Shown: piece after piece, positions 37,101-50,600 of the stretch
Layout of the letters: the number at the start of each line of letters is the position of its first letter
Position numbering within the stretch: position 1 is the first letter of the stretch
NCBI RefSeq assembly: GCF_000150275.1
Contig: NW_002060943.1
Location: 1,152,731 to 1,216,730 of the forward strand
Source: Trichoplax adhaerens
Taxonomy: Eukaryota; Animalia; Placozoa
Direction: 5' to 3'
Length of the DNA stretch: 64,000 nucleotides
Program-made: the position numbers and the translations under genes
Notes under the pieces: generated by a model
Told to the model about the DNA's origin: nothing
The model's database searches: none
The model's input: only the letters and a program-made list of their open reading frames with translations

Positions 37101-40100
37101 TACATCTTACCTTGATAGATTTAATGGCATAGTACAAGCTTACTTTAAGTGTTAATAAGCCGATAAGACGGATACACCACTTTTTATTTTATTCATTACA
37201 GATCTTAATAATTCTAGTATATATACATTCTAATTATTTTACATCACGTCATTTGAACGATTCATAATCAGTTTAGTTATATCTTATAATTAATATATCT
37301 GTTTCATTTGGACTGATTTGCTTGTCACTACAATTTTAGTATAAAGTAAGACAATTTTTGCTCTTGATAAAATTACCCGCTGTCAGAGAATGTCCTTCAA
37401 TAGTAGCATAAAATTAATTACTTGAAATATGATGACCACAATGCGACCGCAAATAATTCATTACTTAGATTTTTATAATGAGTAGAATAACTATTTACAA
37501 TTAGAATTATCATGTTAATAAGATTGGAATTTAGATCACGTCATTCAATTGATGCCATCCTTTATTTCATATCTGTGATTAAGGGCATAAGCTTCAAGGG
37601 AAGAATGTAAATAAATAACTACTGCACATATGTGACAGTGCAATCGATTGCGCAATTAATCATTTTCACTATTTGCGATGAAATACTATGAAGTGACTAA
37701 CAATATTGCGATAAATCGATTACATTAACCCCCGGTCTTGAATATCGCCGGATGGGATAACCTGATAGAAAAGATACTGACTTGATAGACGCTCTAATTA
37801 GTAAATTGATCAAGCAAAATTAGATATACAATAGCAACGCCTAATCAGACGTTATTGATGTAATGTTATCTAACGATACAATGCATATTTTCTTAGATTA
37901 CAATAGATAAGATAATATGTTAAGTATTGTTATTGCAGTTTATTTCATTATCGAACACAGTCTTTTCTTACCGGTACAATATTGTCGCGGTTATTTTGGT
38001 CTTTTCAGTTTGGGCAGTATGAGCACAAATTCTATATCGATTGTAGTATCTAGTAAGAAGTGGTTGGTTATATATGTCAATATTGTTGACGATTTACGTA
38101 TATCGATTCTTCTTTTCTGGCAAATTTTACTGAGCAAGAAATCGGTGGTGATCTTTGATTACCACCAAAATTAAGTACATGACCATTGTTAGCTATGCGT
38201 AGTGCATCGGATTCTATTTTATTAAATTATACAGAGCTGGAATTGAACGATTATGGTAGAGGGTAATGGAAGCGTTAAACCATTATTAGTAAAATGCATG
38301 TTAAATGATCTCATACGGGGAATTGAAGGTCATCGTGAAGAGCTACATAGACACTTAGGAATGAAATAGTACAGCAGTATTGCAATTGCTAACTTTAATT
38401 TTTGTACGTGGACAAATTTACATATAAAATAGGAATTCAATAATTTTGTTGACAGTTCTGTAGATCCTTGGCTATTATTAATAATATGCATATTTTTTAT
38501 CTTCACAAATTACATTTAATCATTTATCGAATGCTGTCGCTGACAGCAATATTGGGGCTTAACAACCCCTATTGATATGCGATTATTATGCATATTGGTT
38601 AATCCCAAAATCATATCTAATAAGGAACTAAATAATATTTTTGAAAGCTACGAAGGCATTTGGCTATTGTTATGATATGTATATTAACTATTAATAACTA
38701 CTTCTATCTCAAAGAGGAATTAATAGCTATCATCAAGAGGCGTATAAGCTCTTAGCAATTGTTGATGGTACCAATATTTACCTGCTTCCTCTGTTCTATT
38801 TGTAAGGAATAGCAGATTATTATTGAAAACTATCTACTGCAGCTACTCGGTTATCGATAACATTCATATTTACTCGAATTAAATCTAACAAGAAATTGAA
38901 AGCTTACGTTGACATTTATATTTTGTAGTTGGATAATAATGATGATATGTATTCATATTTACCCATATCGCGAAATTACAGCCAACAATGGATTGAAAGT
39001 TATAATTGAAAGCTACATATCTAGCAGCTGCATATTGTTGCTTTCTGTTAGCATATTTATCAATTTTGTTGAATCACATCAAACAAGAGATCCAAAGCCA
39101 TTGTGGAAACTAGATTCCTTTATTAATAAGTACTAGTGATTTTTATGAATGCTCAAATTCGATTATCATGATTATCCTTATGGTGCAATCATTTAAAGGT
39201 AGCACCCACTCTGTTTGTAAGGTGATCTTATACTGGCATTACATATCATGGGCAATCCTCTTTCATGTAGAATTAACCATTTTTTATGATATAAAACTTA
39301 TTATACTCAACCTATTAATTTATAATCGCTAATCGCTACTGAATAACAATTCAAACTCAAGCATGCAGTCAAGCAATACAGATGTACGAGAATATGATAC
39401 CTACATGCCATATTAATTCGAGCCCTCTTACATCTATTTACGGTCTTAAATGGAAAAAAATAGACAAATTGTTTCAATCGAACCCAAATATCGGGCAGTA
39501 TCCCTTCAAAACTAGTTTAGTGCTGGCATAAATCATGATGACTTCTCGGGTGATTATAGAAAGCCCCTTTTCAATTTTTACTCAATCTTTACAATTTAGA
39601 CGAACTTGGGATAGAGGGTTCTAGAGTGGTCCTTGCAAAATTCAATCGATTGAAAATAAATTAAGAACATTTACTTGTATACAGGATATTACTTAATTCA
39701 TAGCTGATTGTCTATCTTACGTTGAGCAGATAATTCCTTACTTTACAGAACCCTTTCAAGGGATTTTAAAACTAAGCGCAAATAGATCATATTAGAATTA
39801 GGATCTATGCTATAACAACGCTAATGACTGGTCTTGTCCAATTTTGTTCTGTACTGCATATTTAAAGGTAGCTGATGAGCTCAATTATAGCATTAATTGA
39901 ATTGTGATAGCGGTTCAAGATCATAAATAGGCGGAGAAAAGGTGCGGTTTATTGATACTCAGATGATGAGATGATGATCATTGGAATGTCTTCATTAACC
40001 AATGACAACACGATGTGATAATTATAGAAATTGGTAAAAATATGACATAATTTTCTACTTCATAAAATGCAGCGTAAGCATTTTATGGGTCAAATCATAT

Positions 40101-43100
40101 GACTGATACCTCGATAGGAAATTATAAGTATCAATAAGATCAAACATTTCATTAGACTTTATATTTCCGTACCTTAACCTGATGATTATAATTTATTATG
40201 GGTGCATAATGCGGGTTGTTATAGGATATATTTAATCCATAATTATAACCTACAGTATCTCCAACTGCTCAAAGTAACAAGCATGCATATTTACTATTGC
40301 CACATGCAATTATATTTAAATGATTTCATTTGAAAATTTAAAGTGATCTCGAGATAGTTTAGGGTATGCGACGGGTTTACCTTAAACAATCAGGTCGTTT
40401 TATTCGCTATTTCTACTTTCCGATGAATACCTTTACTATTGTAAGCAAATTGGGCTTCATTTGCAATACTGACTGATCACTGAAAGACTGCTAATTCCCT
40501 GTCACGCATTATTTAGGCGTGATTTGCACTTATTAGATGTGGTAATGGTATGACAGTAGCCTTAGCCCGATCGAAAATAGCTACTGAAATTATGTGAGGA
40601 TATTCTATAATTCTAATTTGTTATAATGAAACTTACAGTAATAGTTTTCATGAAAAAATAGCTTCTATTAATGAATGGCTACTAATTTCTGGAATCATTA
40701 TCGGCGTGCGATTATAATATAAGGCCTTCCTATATTTCTAGTTGATTACAGTGTAATTTCGCATGATGATCTTTATAATATCTCAAGTTATATTGAGGGA
40801 TGATTACTAATTACTAGGCTTGGCATTGGTGTGCCATTATATTAAAAAGATGTCCCGTAGTTCTATAAAGTAACTTTACGATGGTGATCTTTATAGTGAG
40901 CTATGAAGTATGTTTCAGGTGTGAATTTTGCTCTAAGTTATAATTTCTAGAGGGTAAACTACCGCATATCAAAAATGTACTCGTATTTTAATCAATCGAT
41001 ATCCTACTAGATACTGTAATTTTTTTCGTCTATTTTTGTACGTTAACTCTGGCTGAATGCAAAAATAATGCTCTAGGTGTTTGACATTCATTCATAATAT
41101 TCAATCAAGTTAGAATATTGTTTTAGATATATAGTATAATAGTTAGGATAGCATCATTTATTTATCCATCTTTGTTCCGCATTAGAGTAGAGTTGAAGAT
41201 ATTTAGGTTTGGTTAACGCTTCCCTAATTAAATGATACGTCTGCAACCTTTAAAGATTGTTCCTAACTAGTGAGCTTTATATCAACATATTATCGTAATA
41301 GAGGGCATACCTCTACTTAATGATAGCATCATGACATTATGAAATCAAACCTTACATGACTAATCCCGTAGAGCTAGAAAAAAGGATCATCGAGGATAAT
41401 TTCAATACATTGATCACTATAATGTTACTATCTGTTCAATGATGACATCATGTTTGATTTTCATTTTGGAAACTTATCAAATATTCGGTGGCCATATTGG
41501 CTAACTGTGTCAATAATTGTTATCATTCCTCAAATCATACGTTATTATGTCAATAAAATGTGATCTCTCCCTTCTTGATCAATATAATCAACAAGAGCGT
41601 ATAAGCTAAAGGTTGATCAATATCATTATCGGTAGTATATATATATAGTTTAAAGGCAATGATGACTATATAGGTAAAGGGACGAAATATTAATTACTCT
41701 CATTACCGGATAATAACAAGACAATTTATAGATTATCCTATCGATTTGAAGTTATATCAATGTTGATTGAAATAAATTTGGATTCAGCTATTTCCATGAT
41801 TGGAATATACATTTCGTAGCTAAATTATAGTTTGTAAACAATTCTATAGCCTCAATAACATCTTTAACATTGCATGCTTTCAGATGATGCAATCAAGGGA
41901 ATTGTATAATTTATTGCCTTGATTAGTATGCAAGGCGTTATGAGGGTACTGGATAAAAAAATCAATCAAATATTCCTTTTATTCAACTTGATCAAATTTA
42001 ACTTAATATTAAAGGCCAGCGGCATAATTTGATAAAAGTATTTTTCGGTATGATAATTTACGTTATTTTAACTGTGTCTCATAGCAAATTAAATTTTAAC
42101 ATTCATATACTCGTACAAGCGTTTACTTATCCACTTGACCGCTATTTGGTAATTTTTTTCGTTTCGTGATCATCAATCAACAACGTGATGACTACGATCA
42201 ATCTCACACGAGTATTTAATTGACTTGGAAAGTTGCCAGATTATAATCCTGGCTTTCCATATGGTTCTTAACAATTATTGACAATGATTAGGCCAGAATC
42301 AATAAATAGTCAATCGTTACTACATGAAAGAAAATCAAAATTGGGTCAATCAAGTTACTACATGTTTTTTGCTGGTCACAGAATGGTTTTCCATCCTGCA
42401 TAGCTTGTATAATTTCGTATTTAGGATGAATAGATTTGTAATGGAATTCGCAGATATTTTCTTTTTATTCTTTGGGTATTTAAATCATCTCTTAATTGAA
42501 TAGACGTGTAGATTACTTGATAAGAAAGAATTCGTGCTGATTAATAACCAGGACCTCCCTTACTGCTATAATTTTTGACAGTAAATCCTCACTTGACCTT
42601 TCTATATATCTGCAGCTTTTAACGCAAGATTTTCATGAAACAGCTCAGCAAATTGAGATCTTGTTTTATGCTATTTCGTCTTAAAATATCAAAATTTCTA
42701 CGTATAATTCGTGTAGAAAACTTTCAAGAATGACGATTCTGACAAAATTACTATAATTCTTTTTTTTTTTAAATATTGAAACTGGCCTAAAAGTCAATAG
42801 CATATCTAATTTTGCAAAATATTGATTGAAGCTGCCCTCTATATCACATAATTTTATGCCTTTTTGCTGTTAGGTTTGTTGTGCATAAGCTAATGATTCT
42901 CATATCACGGTCTTGCAGTATTGATCAGAATACATTTCCGCGCACAATTGTCACAGTTTCTACTAGTTGTAGTTCTGTGGCCACGTTAACACTGCTATAT
43001 TGGTGTATTTGTAGCTTGTATCAGTTGTTCTATCATAATTAGGATATCATCAATTATTGATAATTTTCTCATCATATCAGATGTAAATAGTGTACGGAGT

Positions 43101-46100
43101 TTCTCTTGTAATATCAGTTATAGATTATTGTATTATTCTTTCATATTTAAGAATCATTTGATAACTTCTCGTCATTCTAATCAATACTGGATATAATTTA
43201 TTACAATATCAATCATAGCTTTTGCATAACAACTATACCTCTTTATCTATAGGACTTATTCATGAGGTTCTTGCACATAGTTATCTTGATTTATTAGATA
43301 TTTTTTATCACTGCGTTTATTAATTAAAGCTTGCACTAGCTGTAATGTAAAAATATTCGTATATTTCTACCTTACAACTGCACTTACGACGTACTAATAT
43401 CTTACATTAAGCTGGCTATTTCTTTCATGTCAATCTAAACTGCAACATTAAATTTAGTGATAATGAACCGGTATTTTCTCTTCATCCTTTTCAATCTCAT
43501 AGCCATCTCAAGTCTCGACATAGGCGATCAGAATCAGTTTAATTATAGAAATAATCATAAGGAAGGATATTTCAATTCAAGACTTAAACGTCAAGCCAAT
43601 CCAGTTATAATTAGTGGCAATAATCAAGTAGAACGTAAAGAANNNNNNNNNNNNNNNNNNNNNNNNNNNNNNNNNNNNNNNNNNNNNNNNNNAAAGCTTT
43701 ACTATAATGATTCAGCTATTTATACCTGCGTAGCATCCGATCAACATGGTTATAATCAGAAAAGGATCGATCTTAAAGTTAAAGGTAAGATTCAAGTATA
43801 CATGATCTGAAACAATCAGTTTGTAAAACATATCTATAGCAATCAATTCAAAGAAAAATGCAATTTAGAAAGGTAAAAAAAATAATATTTGCTCTATTTT
43901 ATAGTATAGTCTACATGATTATTCAGAATTGAGATACTCTAATAGTTACGAAAGGCGGGAGCAAATTGTAATATCTCTGTTCAAGATCACCTTGTTACTA
44001 TATAACAACCTCAATGTAATTTAGTCAACTCTTACCTCAGATGGCGCTATATCTATTTATCTGGTATAATATTTTTCGGTACTGCCTTTCTGTTTACAAT
44101 AGTAAGCTTTCAATGATTTATAGCAAGTAGGAATAAATAGTGATACTTCTTTGGAGATCATATTGCAAATACATACAGCAAATCTAATCTAGTGTAGACG
44201 ACTATTATTCCAGTAAATGCTCCCTTCATCCTACAGATATACATTTTGCTCTATCCTTTCTGCATATTTTCCCTTTCGGCCCCTTTACTATAGATTTCCA
44301 TACTCAACGTTAAAGAGAAATATGTAAACGGGGTTTTCTTTTGTTCGAGGCCATATTGGTTTATTCATAGCTAATTTGATAATTAGCTACAAAATCATAG
44401 ACGTCGAGTAATTTCATGATTAATGAAATTCTCTTATATATATTTTTTCCTAAATAGCTAAGCCACAACTACAACAAGCATTAAGACAAATTGTTAATGT
44501 AGCCATTGGCAATAAAGCTCTACTAGTTTGTACAGTATCAGGCTATCCTCAGCCTAATGTTACATGGAGTAAAAAGAATCCTAGTACCGATATATTGACT
44601 ACTATCAGCAATAATAACACAAGTAAATACCAAGTAGATAGACTTCAAGGCTATTTAACTATTAATGGTATTCAGCAAGAAGATCAAGGAATCTATGTCT
44701 GCATAGCCGCTAATATATATGGTACCGCTAATGGAACTTATCAAGTTATAGTACGACGTAAGTCTATCTAATACTAATTTGCAAATCATGATAATTAATC
44801 TATCATTTAGCCTTTCATAAATGTATAAATATTCATAATAGATCGCTTTTATTATTAATCCCCATCAGATAAAGCCGAAATTATTAGCCCGCCAAAACAA
44901 ACAATTGTCGTTGTTAATAATTTCGCAACTTTAGCATGTACAGCAAAGGGCGATAAAACAGTTGTAATTAAATGGTGGAAGAATAACACAGAAATTAATC
45001 AGTACCAGCATTCGCGAATAGTTATTCGCAATCGTGTTATCAATCAAGGTAATGATGGTAAATTGTTCCATATCAAGAGCGAACTTGAAATAATGCCAGC
45101 AGTCGTTGAAGATAACGGCAGTTATACCTGCCAGGCTACTAATGGGTATGGTGTAGATAACAGACAGGCTGGCCTCATAGTTCAAAGTAGGTAGAATTTT
45201 ACCTGCTTTACATAATTATAAAATTAAGATTTAGATTAATCACAATTGAGTTTAAACCATTAATTTTAGTTACCCAATCGCGCATAATTCTAAAAAGGTA
45301 TAAATAGTAAGCCCTACTAGGTAGTATAGCAGTTAAGTATAGCGTTATATCAGCAATGGCTGCCTTTCTATGGATGACTTAAGTTTATTTTATAATAATA
45401 AAAGGTTTACTCTTAATTTCAATTCTGCACTTGAAATAATCCAATAAATAATAAAATATGAAAATATAAAAATTGAGTATTACGTATATTCGTAAATATA
45501 GATTCCGGTTCAGTTTAGGATACCGGTAATTATTGATATTAGAGTTGCAGTAATCGTTGTAGATAATTGCGTCCTTGATTTCAGCTACGGTATTTAATAT
45601 GCGATTAACTGGTATGTAATAAATGAAGAATATGAATGGTATATGCGTAAAATGTGGTATAATTTAGATGAAAGAATTTAGGTTTGAATTAATCGTGACA
45701 TCTGCCTTCTTTCGTTAGCTTACTTACTTGCTATTAAATAATCCAAATGAGTAATAGAAATTTTAGGATATCAGTACTTGATCGAGTTAAAATGCTTTAT
45801 CTCACGTCTCTAATGCAGTAAAATGAATAAAATATTTAGAATGGTATTAAAAGTTCTCTCGATAAATTTTTTTATCCATGTCAGATATTACGTTTATAAT
45901 TTTACTCAATATTGACCATGATTATTGGTATCATTCTAATTAATTGTATATAAAATTGATGATTGTCTAATGTTTATATAGTACCGTGTTACTTTGATAT
46001 TTCTTCTAAAGCCTTTGTGTATCTTTTTAACAACCAGCTAAGCCGTCGCCTCCAAGTAATTTACAATCCTTCAACGTAACCTCTACTAGTATCATATTAA

Positions 46101-49100
46101 GATGGTCTAAACCATTATATTATGGCCATAGCGATTTAACAGAATACAAAATTATCATGCGAAGTCAACTTGAATCTGTAGATTACTTTTCATCGGCTTC
46201 TCCCGATAAGTGGAATACCACTATCAAATCATTGTATCCTGGCGTTCAGTATATCGTAACGATGCAGGCTGTAAATAGCATTGGTACGAGTAAGCGAAGC
46301 CAATCCATCACTGTCAATACTCTAGAAGCAGGTAAATTTTTTTAACAAGAATTATACGTAGCCCACGTCAAAATAATAAGATTTAGTACCATTATATAAC
46401 CACAAATTTGTTTTTCTGTCTAGCGCCGAGTGAGCCGCCAAGCTCTCTTAATCTAGAATCGCTAAGCTCACAAAGTATTCGTGTTAGTTGGGAGGTATGT
46501 AGACGTTTTGTAGTAAATTATTAAATAAGGATCAGCAATTGCATGTCCATTACTCCCTCCTCTATAAAATTATAAAAAAATATGTCTACTTATAGCATAT
46601 CTAAAGATATAAATATAATTGATAGCATAAATAACATGTACTCATTCATAATTTTAGCCACCAGCTCTGAAAAAAAGAAATGGTATTCTGCACGGCTATC
46701 GTATTACTTATCGAGCCGCCGGGGGTATAGCTCAGCATCTTAATATTACCGATAAAGGATTACGCAGTTATGTTCTGGTTAAACTGAAGTCATTGACCTA
46801 CTATAACGTTGCAATACAAGCATATAATTCAAAAGGAATCTCTCCGAAAACAGTAGAAAAGCAAGTTCGTACCAAAGAAGGAGGTAAAGGATATGATCCG
46901 ATTTCTGGAATTAGCGATTACTAATGTTATGAAATATGTAATATGTTATACTGCGTACAGCTGTGTTCGTCCGCTTTAAACTACAATTACAAAATTGAAT
47001 TCAATCTATATCTTTCTCACATCTATACCTATTAGCTCCTACCAAGGCTCCAACTGATCTAAGACTCATTAATCGTTCCAGCCAAGTACTAACGATAACA
47101 TGGTCACCACCGCAACCTGAGCCTCAAAATTATACTCGAATTATTACATATCTGGTTATTTACTTCCAGATAGATGGAGACATCCGTGGAGAACTACGCC
47201 TTGCTGGTAATCAAGTAGTAGCAGTTGTATCTGGGTTACTGCCATATAATAAATATCAATTTAAAGTACTAGCTTTAACAAGTGGAGGTTCTGGCCCGTG
47301 GAGTCAACCTATCACCTTTGAAACTGACGAAGCAGGTAGTTTAAGATATTATATAGCAGAGTTAATATTATTATTAACATGGTCTAATTCTAGTCTATGA
47401 TTATGGAATCATCTACCGTTGACTGACCAATAGAATTATTTTCTTTTTAGCTCCCAGCCCTCCAATTTTAAAACTAGTAAATACCCATTCTCAGTTTATT
47501 GAAGTGAAATGGTCTGAACCTAGAGTTATTCAAGGAATCTTGCGTAGCTATAATATCTGTTGGTATTCTTACGCAAAAGATCATCAATGTGTATCTTTAC
47601 TGTATATCAATCAGAGGTATACGATTGGCAACTTGAATCCAGATCAAGTCTACTTTATTTATGTCATCGCATTTACTGATGCTGGAAATAGTGATAATAG
47701 TAATATTGTCGAAGTTCGAACTTTAGGTAAAGCATAAGTAAATAATTGATAGACTTGCTAAAAATTTAATTTTATTAATGAATAGTTATAATAAATTTCT
47801 CTTATTTAAAAATTGAATATTTAGCTTTGGCACCACCTATAAGTGGAGCTCGAAGAGCCCTACAGATCCAGGAAATTGTTGGATTGATAATTGGCTCAAT
47901 TTTGATCATAAGTATTTCCGCATTTATTCTTGTACGGAGACGAAAATGTCGAGTTAACCGTCATGTTAAAGGTGACTTTACCGAAATTTTACTTTAGGAT
48001 TTAATGCTGACCAAACATAACTTACCGTAATTCTTGCTATAAATTATTGTTGATAATTTGGGTTATGAATAAGTAGACTAAATAAATTTAATTAACTTAT
48101 TATGACTTAACAAACAAATACATACATTCCGATCACTAAGCTAAATTTATAGCAACCTTTCATTTATACGTCGGCTATTGAATGATATTATAGGATTTGG
48201 CATACGCAATTTCTAACCGCAATGAGTCATTTAAATTGCTATACATCGTAATACCTTCATCTTGATAAACATTAAATATTGTTGTTTATTAGTATTGGAT
48301 ATTGTCCTAGCTAAATATTGATTTTTTTTTATCCCATTTTATCATAGAATTCAATCTATTGTTGATAAATTATCGCTAAGAGATACTAATCCTAAATTTA
48401 TCTTATTTCTTAACAGTAATTCAAACAAGATCAGCACCACTTGCAGATACCGTTCGTGTTAATGACTCCGCCAGAGAGGGTATAAGAACGATCCCAAATT
48501 ATGAGTAAGTCTTTCATCGTTATACTTTATGCAATGGCAGAATTATCTATTCTTATAGAAATTTTGCTTTCCATTATCTAAATTTTAGTTATCAGTCCAT
48601 GGCAAGGCCCAGCGATAGGGCATGTATGAGAGATACGAGTCTTCATCTGCCGCCCACTTCTGCATCACCTACCCCAAATCTTTCCAATGGTGATAAGTAT
48701 TCAGTTGTATCACTTAAAACGACGTGTTCAAGCGATTATGATGCTGGCTCTGAAGGAGTTCCCGAGCAGAATATTTCTTTGCATCCACCGGAAAAGAAAT
48801 ATTATAAGCGAACTTACAGGCCAACACTCCATGAAGTTAATGAACTCAGTCAGAGTGATGAAGAAGCAAGTCCCAGCTTGTCTCCTTTCCCAACTACTAG
48901 CTATCCAGATTTAGTTACAAGAACGACCATGAATAATCGTTACACTGACTGCAGTAGCCGTGGCCACAGTCCATCCAATGGAGTTTCTAGACATTTCTAT
49001 GAGTCTATTCCTCAATCTTATTTTTCTCCTCAACAAGATGATCAGCAATCTATTGGTTACGTAAGTGATACCCGTTCTACTGTCAATAATTGTGGAAGTG

Positions 49101-49255
49101 ATAACGAATCTAGATTTGGTATGCCTGAATTATTAAGTGCATCTGATTATAGTCGTTTTCATGTCGGTAATGAGGGTCGACTGCCTGAGAATACTCGTAT
49201 ACTATCACAAAATGAACTAAGATCAGCCACTATTGCATCAGCGATCAAACTGTAA
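34198..49255 (+). CDS. Short DSCAM-like Ig/FN3 single-pass receptor (>=3 Ig, 4 FN3, TM, Tyr/Ser-rich tail)
   Basis: Signal-peptide exon 34198-34264 (MKTRQSFERIMILITICLSSVQ, phase 1; its link to the rest is inferred). Then 43503-43784 (spans the N gap), 44458-44757 (Ig), 44869-45186 (Ig: LACTAKGDKTVVIKW...YTCQATNGYG), FN3 exons 46038-46331, 46424-46494, 46658-46883, 47036-47335, 47451-47726, TM exon 47825-47971, and tail exons 48417-48504 and 48589-49255. APSEPPSSLNLESLSSQSIRVSWEPP..KRNGILHGYRI resembles DSCAM FN2. Confidence 0.85.
43643..43692. other. Assembly gap (50 N) inside an Ig domain
   Basis: Run of N. The flanks are the start and end of an Ig domain, and the missing core needs well over 50 nt, so the true gap is longer. 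Confidence 0.98.
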
Positions 49256-49699
49256 CCGTCTTATATATTTACATCAGCATCAACATTTACCCATCTCAAT
49301 TTTTAAAGTTGTCCATATCTTATTGTATTACTAATTTCTTCGATAATGGAGTAAACAGAGACTCTAAGCAAAATGTAATCTTACTATCTTGCTATTGTTC
49401 TATCTTCATTTCATTCTATGCATGAAAGAGTAGTAGCAGTTTAAATTTATTGTTATAACTAGCTCATTTTGGCGTTTATTTATTCATTCTCGTATTTCAT
49501 CCATATATAATGGAACGATAAGAAGCTAGTACTTATTATTTCCAGCTCAGTTTGTGATTACTTATTTCCAAGTTCATTTGCCTCTATACTTTTAGCTCAT
49601 CCAATTCATGGCAGAGCTACAGTAGTTTCTTAAATTAATTTTATCTAACTTGTTTTGGTACTATTTCCTTAGCTCGATCCATCCATGATTGATAAAAAG

Positions 49700-50600
49700 G
49701 ACATTGAAATAATAATATGCATATCAGTCTTATATTATCCATAACGACAATAACACATTCGCAAATTTATCATCGCCAATTAATTATTTTTCTGGTTACA
49801 CTATTCCATGCATAATAATTAACAAGGAGTTGAAATATATTGGAAAGAGTGAGTCTTGCTCATCACACCGATAGAATATTTAAAATTCGTCAATTTATTA
49901 TATTATTTGTGTTTGGCATCATTTCTTCAGCTGATGGCGTTTATAATGGAAATCTTCAGGAATTGAGAAAATTATATAATTTAACTCATATTGGGATAGT
50001 TTCTTCTACATATTCCACCTATAACGGACTATTAAAGATTAAGAATTATTCAATTCCCATGGAAGTAACTGGTGTAACTTTATTTCCACTGCTTATTTTA
50101 TCTCGATGGAGAAGTAATATATCAATAAAGATTGCTACATTTTATACATTTGGCAATGTCTCTTTAGCTCAGTTTGTACTTGATGACCCAACAAGAGATT
50201 CATATTATACATTATACGCTTATGCATATTTGGCACATTTTATTACTATTTTCTCAGCTTGTTCCACTCTTGTTGAACTTAAAACAAATCAGATTTATAA
50301 TTCAAATTTCTTAGTTAACCCAAGATAGATATTAAAATTAATTAAAAGCTGATATTGAACAACTTATTAACCCACATTGGAAATTTATTAATCCATGGCT
50401 GTTGGATGCATATAGATTCGTGTAAATTGAAGCTAGATCTTGGAGATATAAAGAAATCAAATATGCTTAATTCTCAATAGCGTAAAATATGAAATACGCA
50501 AGTTGGAGATTTTTACTCAACTGTTTGCAGCGGCATCGATGGAATTACTATTCAATGACATTAATTCTACATGGTGGATAGAGCTACGTATAATTTTTCT
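49700..50600 (+). pseudogene. Possible decayed membrane-protein gene
   Basis: 162-codon open frame without an ATG start (49840-50328) with hydrophobic segments; protein-like text continues in other frames through stops (KADIEQLINPHWKFINPWLLDAYRFV*IEARSWRYKEIKYA*). No family recognised. Confidence 0.35.

Noticed and set aside
37917-37990. Extra signal-peptide-like ORF start (MLSIVIAVYFIIEHSLFLPVQYCRG) as an alternative first exon of the DSCAM-like gene
   Set aside because: The donor (cgcg|gttatt) is weak, and hydrophobic runs are common in T-rich DNA.
38700-39600. Possible decayed TPR-like coding fragments (also ~51800-52000 and 53475-53675)
   Set aside because: Only vague resemblance over a few residues, with many stops and no consistent frame.
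43503-49255. LAR-type receptor phosphatase, Robo or DCC assignment
   Set aside because: No PTP domain before the stop at 49255, no Robo CC or DCC P1-P3 motifs recognised, and the domain sequences look closer to DSCAM.
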